Of a stretch of 36,931 nt of DNA, positions 23,856-33,464 are shown one piece after another (the stretch's first letter is position 1; each line of letters starts with the position of its first letter). The notes below the pieces were generated by a model. That model saw only the letters and a program-made list of their open reading frames with translations. It had not been told where the DNA came from and made no database searches. Source of the DNA: Eubacteriales bacterium (GTDB taxonomy: Bacteria > Bacillota > Clostridia > Oscillospirales > CAG-272); NCBI GenBank assembly GCA_045661285.1, contig JAZRFI010000109.1:1-36931 (forward strand). The letters run 5' to 3'. The position numbers and the translations under genes are program-made.

Positions 23856-25505
23856 TTATGCTTTATAGCTATCCTTTAAGCCGACGATACGGTTATACGT
23901 ATTTTCGTGCTTGGTATCCTTTACAAAATAGCCGGTTCGAACGAATTGGAACTTATCTTCCGGCTCCGCATCGCCAAGCGAAGGCTCGCCGAAGGCGTGG
24001 AGAGTGGAAACCGAATCCTCGTTCAGATAATCGCCGTAACCCTTCCCCTCGGGGATATCGGCAACGTTTTCGATGGTGAAAAGATGATCGTAGAGCTTTA
24101 CGTCGATGGGGGTGGCGGAATCGGCCGAAAGCCAATGGATGGTACCCTTGACCTTTCTTCCGTCGGCCGGGGTGCCGTTGCCGGTCTCAAGATCCGCGGT
24201 GCAAAGGATCTTTGTGACGTTGCCGTTTTCATCCTTGACGATCTCTTGGCACTTCACGATATAAGCGCCCATCAAGCGAACCTCACCCTCAGGCTTCATA
24301 CGGAAGAATTTCGGGGGCGGAACCTCGGCAAAATCGTCTGCGTCAATATAAAGTTCTCTCGTAAAGGGAAGCTTGCGGGTGCCCGCCTCGGGGTGGAAGG
24401 GATGGTTGGAGACCTCAAAATATTCGGTCTTATCGGCGGGATAGTTGATAATCTCGACCTTGATGGGGTGAAGAATGGCGATACGGCGGGGGGCCTTCTC
24501 GTTCAGTTCTTCACGGATGCAGTGCTCAAGAAGCTCGTAATCGACGACGCTATACGCCTTCGCGACGCCCGCGCGCTCTACGAAATCGAAGATCGCTTCG
24601 GGGGTATAGCCGCGGCGGCGCAGGCCGCAAAGGGTGGGCATACGCGGATCGTCCCATCCGTCGACAAGGCCGGTCTCAACCAGCTGGCGGAGATACCGCT
24701 TACTCATGACCGTGTGGGTCACGTTCAGGCGGGCAAACTCGTACTGATGCGGCTTCTTTTCAAAACCGATATTATCGACCACCCAGTCGTAAAGCGGGCG
24801 GTGGTTTTCAAACTCGATCGAGCAGAGTGAGTGGGTGATGCCTTCCAGCGCATCCTGGATCGGGTGGGCGTAGTCGTACAGCGGATAGATGCACCACTTG
24901 TTGCCCTGACGGTGGTGATCGGTGTGAACGATGCGATAGATCGCGGGGTCACGCAGATTCATATTGGGCGAGGCCATATCAATCTTGGCGCGAAGCGTTT
25001 TAGCCCCGTCGGGAAATTCGCCGTTCTTCATTCTTTCAAAAAGCGCAAGGTTCTCTTCAACCGAGCGGTCACGATAGGGGCTATTCTTCCCCGCTTCGGT
25101 AAGCGTACCGCGGTATTCGCGCATCTCCTCGGGCGAAAGGTCGCATACGTAGGCCTTGCCGTCCTTGATCAACTGAATGGCGAACTCGTAGCATTTATCG
25201 AAATAATCCGAGCCGTAGAAGATGCCGCCGCTCGGCCGACAACCAAGCCAGGTAAGATCGCGGTAGATCGATTCGACGTACTCGTTATCCTCTTTGGCGG
25301 GGTTGGTGTCGTCGTAACGCAGGTTAAAAAGACCGCCGTATTTCTTCGCGGTATTGGCGTTGATCCAGATCGCCTTCGCACTGCCGATATGCAGATAGCC
25401 GTTCGGCTCGGGCGGGAAGCGGGTATGGATCTTTAATTCGGGATTATCACTAAGATCCTTATCGATGATGTCGTGAATAAAATTCGACTGAATGACTTCT
25501 TCCAT
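23856..25505 (-). CDS. glnS: Glutamine--tRNA ligase (probable start ATG 25505)
   Basis: TRFPPEPNGYLHIGSAK, YDDTNP.KE, WCIYP.YDY, ITHSLC, EFARLN, VMSKR, GWDDPRMPT, FQF.R.GYF; GAGG SD. Confidence 0.97.
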   Translation of the reverse strand: MEEVIQSNFIHDIIDKDLSDNPELKIHTRFPPEPNGYLHIGSAKAIWINANTAKKYGGLFNLRYDDTNPAKEDNEYVESIYRDLTWLGCRPSGGIFYGSDYFDKCYEFAIQLIKDGKAYVCDLSPEEMREYRGTLTEAGKNSPYRDRSVEENLALFERMKNGEFPDGAKTLRAKIDMASPNMNLRDPAIYRIVHTDHHRQGNKWCIYPLYDYAHPIQDALEGITHSLCSIEFENHRPLYDWVVDNIGFEKKPHQYEFARLNVTHTVMSKRYLRQLVETGLVDGWDDPRMPTLCGLRRRGYTPEAIFDFVERAGVAKAYSVVDYELLEHCIREELNEKAPRRIAILHPIKVEIINYPADKTEYFEVSNHPFHPEAGTRKLPFTRELYIDADDFAEVPPPKFFRMKPEGEVRLMGAYIVKCQEIVKDENGNVTKILCTADLETGNGTPADGRKVKGTIHWLSADSATPIDVKLYDHLFTIENVADIPEGKGYGDYLNEDSVSTLHAFGEPSLGDAEPEDKFQFVRTGYFVKDTKHENTYNRIVGLKDSYKA

Positions 25506-25515
25506 TTTGATATCC

Positions 25516-26142
25516 TCACACAATTAAATGCTTAAAATGTTCGCGGCAAAGAGAAAGGCGCGTGGGATTGCCGTGCCCCGGGTACACCGCGCGCTCTCCC
25601 GAAAGAAGGAGAAGCTTGCGAAGCGATCCCCAAAGAGCCTCTGCGTTACCGCCGTAAAGATCGGTGCGACCGTAGCCGCCCCCGTCGAACACCGTATCCC
25701 CCGTAAAAAGAACCTCGCCGCTATCGAACACGCAAGAGCCCTTGGTATGCCCCGGGGTATGAATGACGGTTAGGCGTTCGTTACCGAAGGGTAAGACCTG
25801 CCCATCCCCCAAAAGAAGATCGGGCGGCGAAAAGGTAAGATCCTGTTCAAAAAAGTAGCGATAGCCGTTTTTGTAGGAATCGGTAAAGGCCTCGGCATCC
25901 TCAGCCATAACCATAACCGGCGCATCGGTAAACAGACGCCACTCTTCAAGCGCCAGCATATGATCGAAATGGGCGTGTGTCAGCAAGATTCCTTTAATGG
26001 GCGGCAGCTCGCCCAAAAGGCGGGCCTTGGCAACCGAGGGGTCTGCCGAAGGGTCGATCACATACGCCTCGCTCTTTTTATCATCGGTCACAAGATAGCA
26101 GGCCGAGGCAAAGGAGCCGGGGTATAAATTAACGATCTTCAT
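25516..26142 (-). CDS. Metallo-beta-lactamase fold hydrolase (glyoxalase II-like)
   Basis: IDP, LTHAHFDH, HTPGHTKGS, FTGDT, GRTD, YPGHG. Confidence 0.92.
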   Translation of the reverse strand: MKIVNLYPGSFASACYLVTDDKKSEAYVIDPSADPSVAKARLLGELPPIKGILLTHAHFDHMLALEEWRLFTDAPVMVMAEDAEAFTDSYKNGYRYFFEQDLTFSPPDLLLGDGQVLPFGNERLTVIHTPGHTKGSCVFDSGEVLFTGDTVFDGGGYGRTDLYGGNAEALWGSLRKLLLLSGERAVYPGHGNPTRLSLCREHFKHLIV

Positions 26143-26174
26143 ACATTATCTCTATTTCTTGGTAATTCTAATAT

Positions 26175-26203
26175 AGTATAACATAGTTTTTCCAAATTGT
26201 CTA
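26175..26203 (-). promoter_or_regulatory. sigmaA promoter of the MBL-glnS operon
   Basis: Minus strand TAGACA-17-TATACT with extended TG. Confidence 0.75.
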
Positions 26204-26236
26204 TAGGGCGCGCCTCTTTTTTTCGCGCTTTCACCC

Positions 26237-26264
26237 GAACGGACACCCCCTTTTCGCATATACT
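26237..26264 (+). promoter_or_regulatory. Candidate mother-cell sigmaK/E promoter of DUF3343-cysteine desulfurase
   Basis: GAAC-16-CATATACT (AC-N16-CATAnnnT). Confidence 0.5.
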
Positions 26265-26299
26265 GATAATGCGTACCGAGAAAGGAGTTGATTCCGTCG

Positions 26300-26515
26300 A
26301 TGCAAAAAATACGCATTGGCTCTATCACCTACGCCATGAAGGCGCGCCGACAGCTTTCCCTTCGTGGGATCCACGCGGGGCTTATCAAGACCGACGGCGG
26401 GGAAAACGAGGGGTGCGTCTACGGGATCGAGATCCCCGAGGACCGTCTTTTACAAGCCATCACCGTCCTACGGGAAAGCCGCATCGAATACCGATCTGTA
26501 AAGGATGATAAATGA
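26300..26515 (+). CDS. DUF3343-family small protein
   Basis: SITYAMKA...L...GI.....KT......GC.YGI; GAAAGGAG SD; 4-nt overlap with the desulfurase gene. Confidence 0.75.
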   Translation: MQKIRIGSITYAMKARRQLSLRGIHAGLIKTDGGENEGCVYGIEIPEDRLLQAITVLRESRIEYRSVKDDK

Positions 26516-27630
26516 TTTATTTTGACAATGCCGCCACCTCCTTTCCGAAGCCGCCCGAAACCTACGCCGAGCTTTCGCGCGTGCTTTCCGAGTGCGTGGG
26601 GAATCCGGGGCGCGGCGCTCACGAGCCTTCTCTTGCGGCGGCCGAGGTGATCTACGATTGTCGCGCTTCGATCGCCGAGCTTTTCGGCAGCGGCGCACCC
26701 GAAAACGTCGTTTTTTCACTAAACGCCACCTCTGCCTTAAACCTTTCGATAAAGGGAATGGCGAAAAAGGGGGCGCATATCCTTATCAGCGATTTAGAGC
26801 ATAACGCCACCTTCCGCCCCGTCTTTAAGCTGTATAAAGAGGGGCGGTGCCGCTATTCTGTCTTTTCTACGAAGGGCGACCTGATCGAAAATATAAAAGC
26901 CGTGCGTAAAAGCACGACGACGACGGTAATCGCCACCGAGGTCAGCAACGTAACCGGGCGGGCATTGCCAATCAAAGAGATCGGCGACTTTTGCAAAAAA
27001 GAAGGGCTTTCTTTTATTATCGACGGCTCGCAAGGGGCCGGCCACCGCCCACCGCTTTTGGAAGAGATCTATTACGATGCCTACTGCGCCCCCGCCCATA
27101 AGGGGCTTTTCGGGATCGCGGGATTGGGGTTTGCGATCCTAAGAAGCCCCCAAAGGGTTTCTACCCTCATCGAAGGGGGGAGCGGCGTATCCTCGTTCTC
27201 CCCCCTCATGCCGCAGAAATCGCCCGAGCGGTTTGAGGCGGGCACGCCGCCTACCCCCGCCATCGGCGCCCTGCTTGGCGGGCTTCGCGCCCTGCAAAGG
27301 ATCGGGATCGACGCCGTAGCGCAAAAGGAAGCCGCGCTTCGAAAAAAGCTTTGCGAGGGGCTTTCGGTCATTAAGGGGATAACGGTTATAGAGCCGGAAA
27401 ACGAAGGGGGCGTCGTTTCTTTCTTCCATCGGGAGAAAAAGGTCGATCTTATCGCTTCGTTGCTTGCCAAGGAGGGGATCGCGGTACGAGGGGGATATCA
27501 TTGCGCCCCGCTCGCGCACCAAGCGATCGGCACCGAAAAAACGGGCACGGTGCGCGCAAGCCTCGGCTTTTTCAACACCGAACGGGAGGTCGATACCTTT
27601 TTAAAAACGCTGTCGGGGCTGCTTCTTTAA
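26512..27630 (+). CDS. Cysteine desulfurase family protein (class V PLP enzyme, group II)
   Basis: IYFDNAATS, NPGRG.H, LEHNA, DGSQ, AHKG (PLP lysine), RFEAGT, RGGYHCAPLAH, VRASLG.FN. Confidence 0.92.
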   Translation: MIYFDNAATSFPKPPETYAELSRVLSECVGNPGRGAHEPSLAAAEVIYDCRASIAELFGSGAPENVVFSLNATSALNLSIKGMAKKGAHILISDLEHNATFRPVFKLYKEGRCRYSVFSTKGDLIENIKAVRKSTTTTVIATEVSNVTGRALPIKEIGDFCKKEGLSFIIDGSQGAGHRPPLLEEIYYDAYCAPAHKGLFGIAGLGFAILRSPQRVSTLIEGGSGVSSFSPLMPQKSPERFEAGTPPTPAIGALLGGLRALQRIGIDAVAQKEAALRKKLCEGLSVIKGITVIEPENEGGVVSFFHREKKVDLIASLLAKEGIAVRGGYHCAPLAHQAIGTEKTGTVRASLGFFNTEREVDTFLKTLSGLLL

Positions 27631-27666
27631 AAAAAGCCGCATATTTCGTCAATATGCGGCTTTTTT
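27631..27666. terminator. Bidirectional terminator between the desulfurase gene and the glg operon
   Basis: AAAAAGCCGCATATT-tcgtc-AATATGCGGCTTTTTT. Confidence 0.9.
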
Positions 27667-27668
27667 CT

Positions 27669-29579
27669 TCATTCGGTAAAAAACACTTTGCAATTCAAGG
27701 GGACGATCAGCACGCTCCCGCTTTCTTTTTCCACGCGTATTTTTCTCCCCGACTGCTTACCGAAAAGCGCCTCCTTAACCGGCTTTTCAAAGCGCAAAAG
27801 CAAATCTTCCTCACTTCGGTTGATGACGGTAAGCAGCTCTCTTTTTCGGCTGCGGCGCGAAAAGATCAGATATTTTTTTGAAAGGTGAAGCAAGAAAAAT
27901 TCACCGCGACGGTAAGCGGGCTCTCTTCTTCGAAGCGAGCCGATCAACCGATACGCCAAAAGCAGCTCTTCTTCCATTCTGTGCCAAGGAAAGGGGCGGC
28001 GGTTTAAGGGGTCGGCATACCCCTCATGCCCAACCTCGTCACCGTAATAGACGGTCGGGATACCGGGAAGTGTTGCAAGCGTAAGATACGCCATTTTCAA
28101 AAGGCGGATGCCGCGGCTTCGCTCTTCGTTTGATAAGCGCATAAGCGAAAGCTCCTCGTTGCTGTGGCCTGCGGGGTCCTCCCCCGCAAGGGCGGTAAGG
28201 ATACGCAGCGTATCGTGGGTTCCAAGCAAATTCATCGTAAGGTCGGCGATGCGCTTGGGCATATTGGGCAAAACCTCGGAAAGCGCATAGAAAAGCTTAT
28301 CGGTTTCCCCACGTCGAAAATACGAAATCAGCCCCTCGCGCAAGGGATAATTCATTACCCCATCCAGCTCACGCCCGTTATAATAGCTTTTTCGCACGCC
28401 GTAGGCGACCTTATTCGAGGCGTCCTCCCAAACCTCGCCGTAAAGGATGCACGCTTGCCCATTTTCGGTTAACCGAGCGCGGATATCGGTCACAAAGCCG
28501 TCGTTTAGCTCATCGACCACGTCAAGACGAAAGCCGGCGATGCCGCGCCGCGCGTAGGTGGCGATCACCCCTTCTCTTCCCACGAAGAATGCGCGGCAGG
28601 ACTCGCTTTCCGAGGGATGGATACGCGGCAGGATCGAAATCCCCCACCACGCGGTGTACTCGTCGGGATACCGCGAAAAGCGATACCAATCGTAATAAGG
28701 GGATTTTTTGCTCTGATAAGCCCCCGCGCTCTCATAGCGCCCGTAACGGTTGAAATATACGCTATCGTCCCCCGTGTGATTAAAGACCCCGTCAAGCAAA
28801 ACGCGGATGCCGTAGGAGGAGGCGACCTTCAATAGATGCGAAAAGGCCCTCTCTCCCCCGAACATGGCATCGATTCTTTGGTAATCACCCGTATCGTATT
28901 TATGATTGGAATAGGCCTCGAAGATGGGGGATAGGTATACTAAGCGCACCCCCAGCGAAGCAAGATAGGGCATCTTTTCGGCCACCCCCCACAGCGTACC
29001 CCCGAAGAACTCGTTATTCTTAAGCGGGGCACCGGGGTAAGCGGGAAACGCGGGGCATCCCCCCTCCCAGTCGTGGTTGAGGACGGCATCGCTTCGCTTT
29101 GGAACGCGGCCGCCCTTGGCGAAGCGACCCACGAAAACGTGATAGATAACGCCCCCCAAAAGCCACCGCGGCTCGGGATGGTGAAAATCGGTCACGGTAA
29201 GCTGATGAGGGCGCCCGCCTTCGCTTCGCACAAAGCGCATCGCTTGCCCAACGGGATCGCGATTCGAATAGAGGATCCCCGCTTTCGTTCTTATGCAAAA
29301 GTCGAAAAGGAAGAGCCCTCTTTCCCGCGGGCGAACGGTGGCGCTATAAAGCTCGCAATCCCCCGAAAGCCCGCAAAAGGAAAGCCTTTTTTTGAGCGTC
29401 TTTCCCCTTTCCCGCCCGATTCGAAGCTCGACCCGATACGCGCCGATTCGGCGATCGATCCGCAAGCGAACACGAAGCGGGGTATTCACCGCGACCGAGC
29501 GGTAAAAAAGAGGGCGCCCACGGGAAAGAAGCGTGCATTCCCCGAAGGCTTCCCTCTCTTCTTTTAGAAAAGGTCCCAT
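27669..29579 (-). CDS. GH13 glycoside hydrolase (neopullulanase/amylopullulanase-like, probable glycogen debranching role)
   Basis: FFGG.L.G, SNHKYD, DGVFNH, GFRLDVVDE, GEVWE, GTHDT, YYGDE, RRPFPW. Confidence 0.92.
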   Translation of the reverse strand: MGPFLKEEREAFGECTLLSRGRPLFYRSVAVNTPLRVRLRIDRRIGAYRVELRIGRERGKTLKKRLSFCGLSGDCELYSATVRPRERGLFLFDFCIRTKAGILYSNRDPVGQAMRFVRSEGGRPHQLTVTDFHHPEPRWLLGGVIYHVFVGRFAKGGRVPKRSDAVLNHDWEGGCPAFPAYPGAPLKNNEFFGGTLWGVAEKMPYLASLGVRLVYLSPIFEAYSNHKYDTGDYQRIDAMFGGERAFSHLLKVASSYGIRVLLDGVFNHTGDDSVYFNRYGRYESAGAYQSKKSPYYDWYRFSRYPDEYTAWWGISILPRIHPSESESCRAFFVGREGVIATYARRGIAGFRLDVVDELNDGFVTDIRARLTENGQACILYGEVWEDASNKVAYGVRKSYYNGRELDGVMNYPLREGLISYFRRGETDKLFYALSEVLPNMPKRIADLTMNLLGTHDTLRILTALAGEDPAGHSNEELSLMRLSNEERSRGIRLLKMAYLTLATLPGIPTVYYGDEVGHEGYADPLNRRPFPWHRMEEELLLAYRLIGSLRRREPAYRRGEFFLLHLSKKYLIFSRRSRKRELLTVINRSEEDLLLRFEKPVKEALFGKQSGRKIRVEKESGSVLIVPLNCKVFFTE

Positions 29580-29581
29580 AT

Positions 29582-32020
29582 TTACCGCTTAATGGGTCGC
29601 AAATGCCAAATGCCTTCGGCGTATTGGCGCACGCTGATATCGGCGGAAAAGCGACCGCTTGCCGCGATATTCAAAAGCGATCGGCGCCCCCATTCCTCGC
29701 CTCTTTTGTAATCGGCGAAGGCCCTTTCGCTTACGTGGCGATAGGAATCGAAATCGGCAAGGCACATATATGGGTCGCCAAGGATATTGCCCCGCCCCAG
29801 AAGATACTCGGCGATATGCGAAAAGCTTTCGCCCCCGATGCGCCCTTCAAGCCGCGCAATCGCGTTTTGTAAGCGAGGGGAACGACGGTAATATTCCGAA
29901 GCGTCGTACCCGATGCGCCAAAGCTCCTCAACCTCGGTAGCGTTAAGACCGAAGGCATAAAAGTTTTCATCGCCCACCGCTTCTTTTATCTCGGGGTTCG
30001 CCCCGTCAAGCGTGCCAAGCGTCAGGGCGCCGTTCATCATCAGCTTCATACAGCCCGTACCGCTGGCCTCCTTCCCGGCAAGCGAGATCTGCTCGCTGAT
30101 ATCGGCGGCGGGAATAAGCGATTCGGCTACGCTTACGTTGTAATCCTCGGCAAAGACGACCGAAAGGCGCCCCTTCGCCCTTTTATTCTCGCGTATTTCA
30201 CGCGAAAGAAACCAAATAAGGCGGATCAGCTGCTTAGCCATATAATACCCGGGGGCGGCCTTGGCGCCGAAAATAAAGGTGGTTGGATAGACGTCGGCGT
30301 TCGGATCCTGGCAAAGCTCGTCGTACAGCGAAAGGATACGCAAAACGTTCAAAAGCTGGCGCTTATATTCGTGCATTCGCTTGATCTGCACGTCAAAGAT
30401 CGAATCGGCACAAAGCGCCTCCCCTCCCCTTGCGACCATAAAGGCGGAAAAGCGCTCTTTATTCGCCCGCTTAATTTTCTGAAGGCGGGATACGACCTCG
30501 CCGTCGTCGGCGTATGCCGAAAGCTCGCTTAAGCGTAAGGGATCACGGCGGTAATGGGGACCTATCGTATCGTCCAAAAGCGAGCAAAGCAAAGGGTTCG
30601 CGTAGCAAAGCCAGCGGCGGTGAACGACGCCGTTGGTAACGCTTGTAAACTTCCAGGGGGTGGCATGGTAAAAATCGCTGAACACGCTTTTTTTCAAGAT
30701 CTCGCTATGAAGGGCCGATACCCCGTTTACGGTATGCGAGCCGCAAACCGAGAGATTGGCCATACGAACCTGCCCGTTTGCCACGATCGCCATACGGGAT
30801 ATCCGATCCCAATCACCGGGATAAAGATTCCAAAGATCGGTACAAAAGCGGGAATTGATCTGTTCAACGATGGCAAAAAGACGGGGGAGCTTCATACGGA
30901 AAAGATCGACGCGCCAACATTCAAGTGCTTCGGGCAAGACCGTATGATTCGTATAGGAAACCGTCTTGGTAACGATCTCCCAAGCCGCCTCCCAGCTATA
31001 CGAATAGACGTCCATCAGAATACGCATCAATTCGGGGATGCATAGGGCGGGGTGGGTATCGTTGATGTGGATCGCCACCCCCTCCGAAAACCCACGTAAG
31101 GAGCCGTTTTCCGAAAGGTAATCCCCCATGAGGCTTTGCAATGAGGCCGAGACCAGAAAATATTGCTGAGTAAGGCGCAAAAGTTTCCCTTCGTCGTGGT
31201 TATCGGGCGGATAGAGCTGCTTTGTGATCTCTTCGGCCTTCTCGCTTTCGGAAAGCGCCATAAGATACTCGGATTGGGTGGCGTACCCCTCGCCGGGGCG
31301 CTTTACGCCGCCTGCGCGCCAAAGGCGCAAAAGATTCGTCGCGTCGGTATCGGGGGCGCTGATCATCACGTCATAGGGGATCGCCCTTACCTCGTCGTAT
31401 TCGGTATGCGTGATGCGAAGAGCCCCCCCTTCCCAACACTCTTCGATCTGCCCGCCAAAGCGTACGCTGACGCTTCGGTCGGGGCGGGGGGAAAGCCAAG
31501 CGCCGCCCAAAGAGCGCCAAGCGTCGGGCAACTCTACCTGCTCTCCCTCTACGATCTTTTGCTTAAAAAGACCGTTTTCGTAGCAAAGCGAATACCCAAC
31601 GGCGGGGTATTCAAGGGCGGTAAGCGAATCCATAAAGCAAGCGGCAAGGCGCCCGAGCCCCCCGTTTCCAAGCCCCGGGTCGATCTCCTCGGAAAAGATC
31701 TCGTCAAAGCTATACCCGTAGGTCGAAAGCGTTTGGCAAAGCTCGTCGTAAAGCCCAAGGTTCATCACATGGTTTCGAAGCGAACGCCCCAACAAAAACT
31801 CCATACACAAATAATAGACGCGCTTTCCCTCCATTGCCGCCACCCGCTTTTTAAAGCGATGACGGTTCTCGCGCATGATATCCTTGATTGCTTGCACCGA
31901 GGCATGATACAGCGAATGGGCGTCCACCCCCTCCCTTTGGGCGTAGCCGCGGGAAAGAAGCTTTCGCTCAATACGAAGCGAAAGCCCGGGCGTTTCCTTT
32001 TTTGCGTTATTTTTACTCAT
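29582..32020 (-). CDS. glgP: Glycogen/starch phosphorylase
   Basis: MEFLLGR, GLGNGGLGRLAACF, INDTHP, YTNHT, NGVS.LH, KRMHEYKRQ, KEASGTGCMK. Confidence 0.97.
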   Translation of the reverse strand: MSKNNAKKETPGLSLRIERKLLSRGYAQREGVDAHSLYHASVQAIKDIMRENRHRFKKRVAAMEGKRVYYLCMEFLLGRSLRNHVMNLGLYDELCQTLSTYGYSFDEIFSEEIDPGLGNGGLGRLAACFMDSLTALEYPAVGYSLCYENGLFKQKIVEGEQVELPDAWRSLGGAWLSPRPDRSVSVRFGGQIEECWEGGALRITHTEYDEVRAIPYDVMISAPDTDATNLLRLWRAGGVKRPGEGYATQSEYLMALSESEKAEEITKQLYPPDNHDEGKLLRLTQQYFLVSASLQSLMGDYLSENGSLRGFSEGVAIHINDTHPALCIPELMRILMDVYSYSWEAAWEIVTKTVSYTNHTVLPEALECWRVDLFRMKLPRLFAIVEQINSRFCTDLWNLYPGDWDRISRMAIVANGQVRMANLSVCGSHTVNGVSALHSEILKKSVFSDFYHATPWKFTSVTNGVVHRRWLCYANPLLCSLLDDTIGPHYRRDPLRLSELSAYADDGEVVSRLQKIKRANKERFSAFMVARGGEALCADSIFDVQIKRMHEYKRQLLNVLRILSLYDELCQDPNADVYPTTFIFGAKAAPGYYMAKQLIRLIWFLSREIRENKRAKGRLSVVFAEDYNVSVAESLIPAADISEQISLAGKEASGTGCMKLMMNGALTLGTLDGANPEIKEAVGDENFYAFGLNATEVEELWRIGYDASEYYRRSPRLQNAIARLEGRIGGESFSHIAEYLLGRGNILGDPYMCLADFDSYRHVSERAFADYKRGEEWGRRSLLNIAASGRFSADISVRQYAEGIWHLRPIKR

Positions 32021-32035
32021 TTTTTCTCCTACTCT

Positions 32036-33463
32036 TTACAGTTTTCTATAAAGCGCTATATATTCGGTTGCCGAGCGTTTCCAAGAGAAATCGCTTCGCA
32101 TCGCGCGGCGGCGAAGCGCATCCCATTCCCCGTCCCCCGCCCCGTAAAGAAGAAGGGCGTCTTTAATACGAAAGAGGAAATCGTGCGCGTTATAATGCTC
32201 GAAAACAAAGCCGTTCCCTTTTCCTTCCCCATAGGGCGCGATCGTATCGGCAAGCCCCCCGACGGCGCGCACGATCGGCACGGTGCCGTATCGGCAGGCG
32301 ATCATTTGGGCAAGACCGCAGGGCTCGCTTTGCGAGGGCATCAAGAAAAGATCCGACGCCGCGTAGATTTGCTTCGAAAGCGTGCGGTCAAAGGCGAAAA
32401 GCACACGCGCCCGACTTGGGTAGCGCGAGGCGATCTCCCGAAGGATATATTCGTAATCGGCATCGCCGCAGCCGAGAAGGACAAACTGGATATCCTCCTC
32501 CAAAAGCTCGTTTAAAATATGCAAAAGAAGATCGATCCCCTTTTGTCGGGTCAGGCGCGTGACCATAGCGATCAAAGGGACATCTTCGCCGCTCGGAAGC
32601 CCTAATTTCTCTTGAAGGAATTTTTTGTTTTCCTTCTTGCCGACCTCAAGCGTTGAAAGCTTATAGGGAAAGGCGAGCTCTTCGGCGTTCTCGGGCGAAA
32701 AATAGGAAGTATCCAGCCCGTTTACGATCCCCGTCAGCTTATGCCCTATCATAGAAACGATCGGGGAAAGACCGTGTGAAAAGAAGGGCTCCCGAAGCTC
32801 CTCGGCGTAACGGCGGCTGACGGTGGTGGCCGCATCGCAAAGCACGAGCGCCCCCTTGGCAAGGTTGATGCACCCGTCATACTCCAAAAGCCCCTCGTGC
32901 GCTTCGGAAAGCCCGAAAACGTCCCCCAGCGTCTCTTTGCCGTACTTCCCTTGAAATTCGATGTTATGAACCGTATATACCGCGCGGATACGGGAAAGCG
33001 TGGGATGATCCCGAAAAAGCGTTTTCAGATACACGACGGTAAGGGCGCTTTGCCAGTCGTTGGCGTGCAAAATATCGGGAATACGGTCGCTTTGGCAAAT
33101 AAATTCAAGCACCGCGCGAGAGAAAAAGGCAAACCGCTCTCCGTCGTCGTACTCGCCGTATAAAGCGGCTCGCTTAAAGTAGCGCTTGTTCTCGATGAAA
33201 TAATAGGATACGCCCGCAACTTTACGCTCGTACACCGCGGCGTAGGCACGCCGCCAAGCAAGCGGAACGACCCCCTCCCAGATCTTTTTCATGCGGGCTC
33301 TTTCCTGCCCGCTTATCGCCTCGTAAAGCGGCATAATGACCCCGACCGAAGAATCTTTTCCAAGAGCTTGGCGAACGGCGCGCGGAAGCGACCCCATCAC
33401 GTCGCCAAGACCGCCGCTGGCGGCAAAGGGCGTTACCTCGCTTGAAACGTATAGGATCCGCAT
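32036..33463 (-). CDS. glgA: Glycogen synthase
   Basis: SE..PF..SGGLGDV, HANDWQ, TVHNI.FQG, GIVNG, RLT.QKG, MPS..EPCGL.Q, VGGL.DT. Confidence 0.96.
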   Translation of the reverse strand: MRILYVSSEVTPFAASGGLGDVMGSLPRAVRQALGKDSSVGVIMPLYEAISGQERARMKKIWEGVVPLAWRRAYAAVYERKVAGVSYYFIENKRYFKRAALYGEYDDGERFAFFSRAVLEFICQSDRIPDILHANDWQSALTVVYLKTLFRDHPTLSRIRAVYTVHNIEFQGKYGKETLGDVFGLSEAHEGLLEYDGCINLAKGALVLCDAATTVSRRYAEELREPFFSHGLSPIVSMIGHKLTGIVNGLDTSYFSPENAEELAFPYKLSTLEVGKKENKKFLQEKLGLPSGEDVPLIAMVTRLTRQKGIDLLLHILNELLEEDIQFVLLGCGDADYEYILREIASRYPSRARVLFAFDRTLSKQIYAASDLFLMPSQSEPCGLAQMIACRYGTVPIVRAVGGLADTIAPYGEGKGNGFVFEHYNAHDFLFRIKDALLLYGAGDGEWDALRRRAMRSDFSWKRSATEYIALYRKL

Positions 33464-33464
33464 A

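Noticed and set aside
31163-32515. 450-aa plus-strand ORF spanning glgP and glgA
   Set aside because: glgP and glgA share a frame, so the antisense shadow runs across both; no protein motifs.
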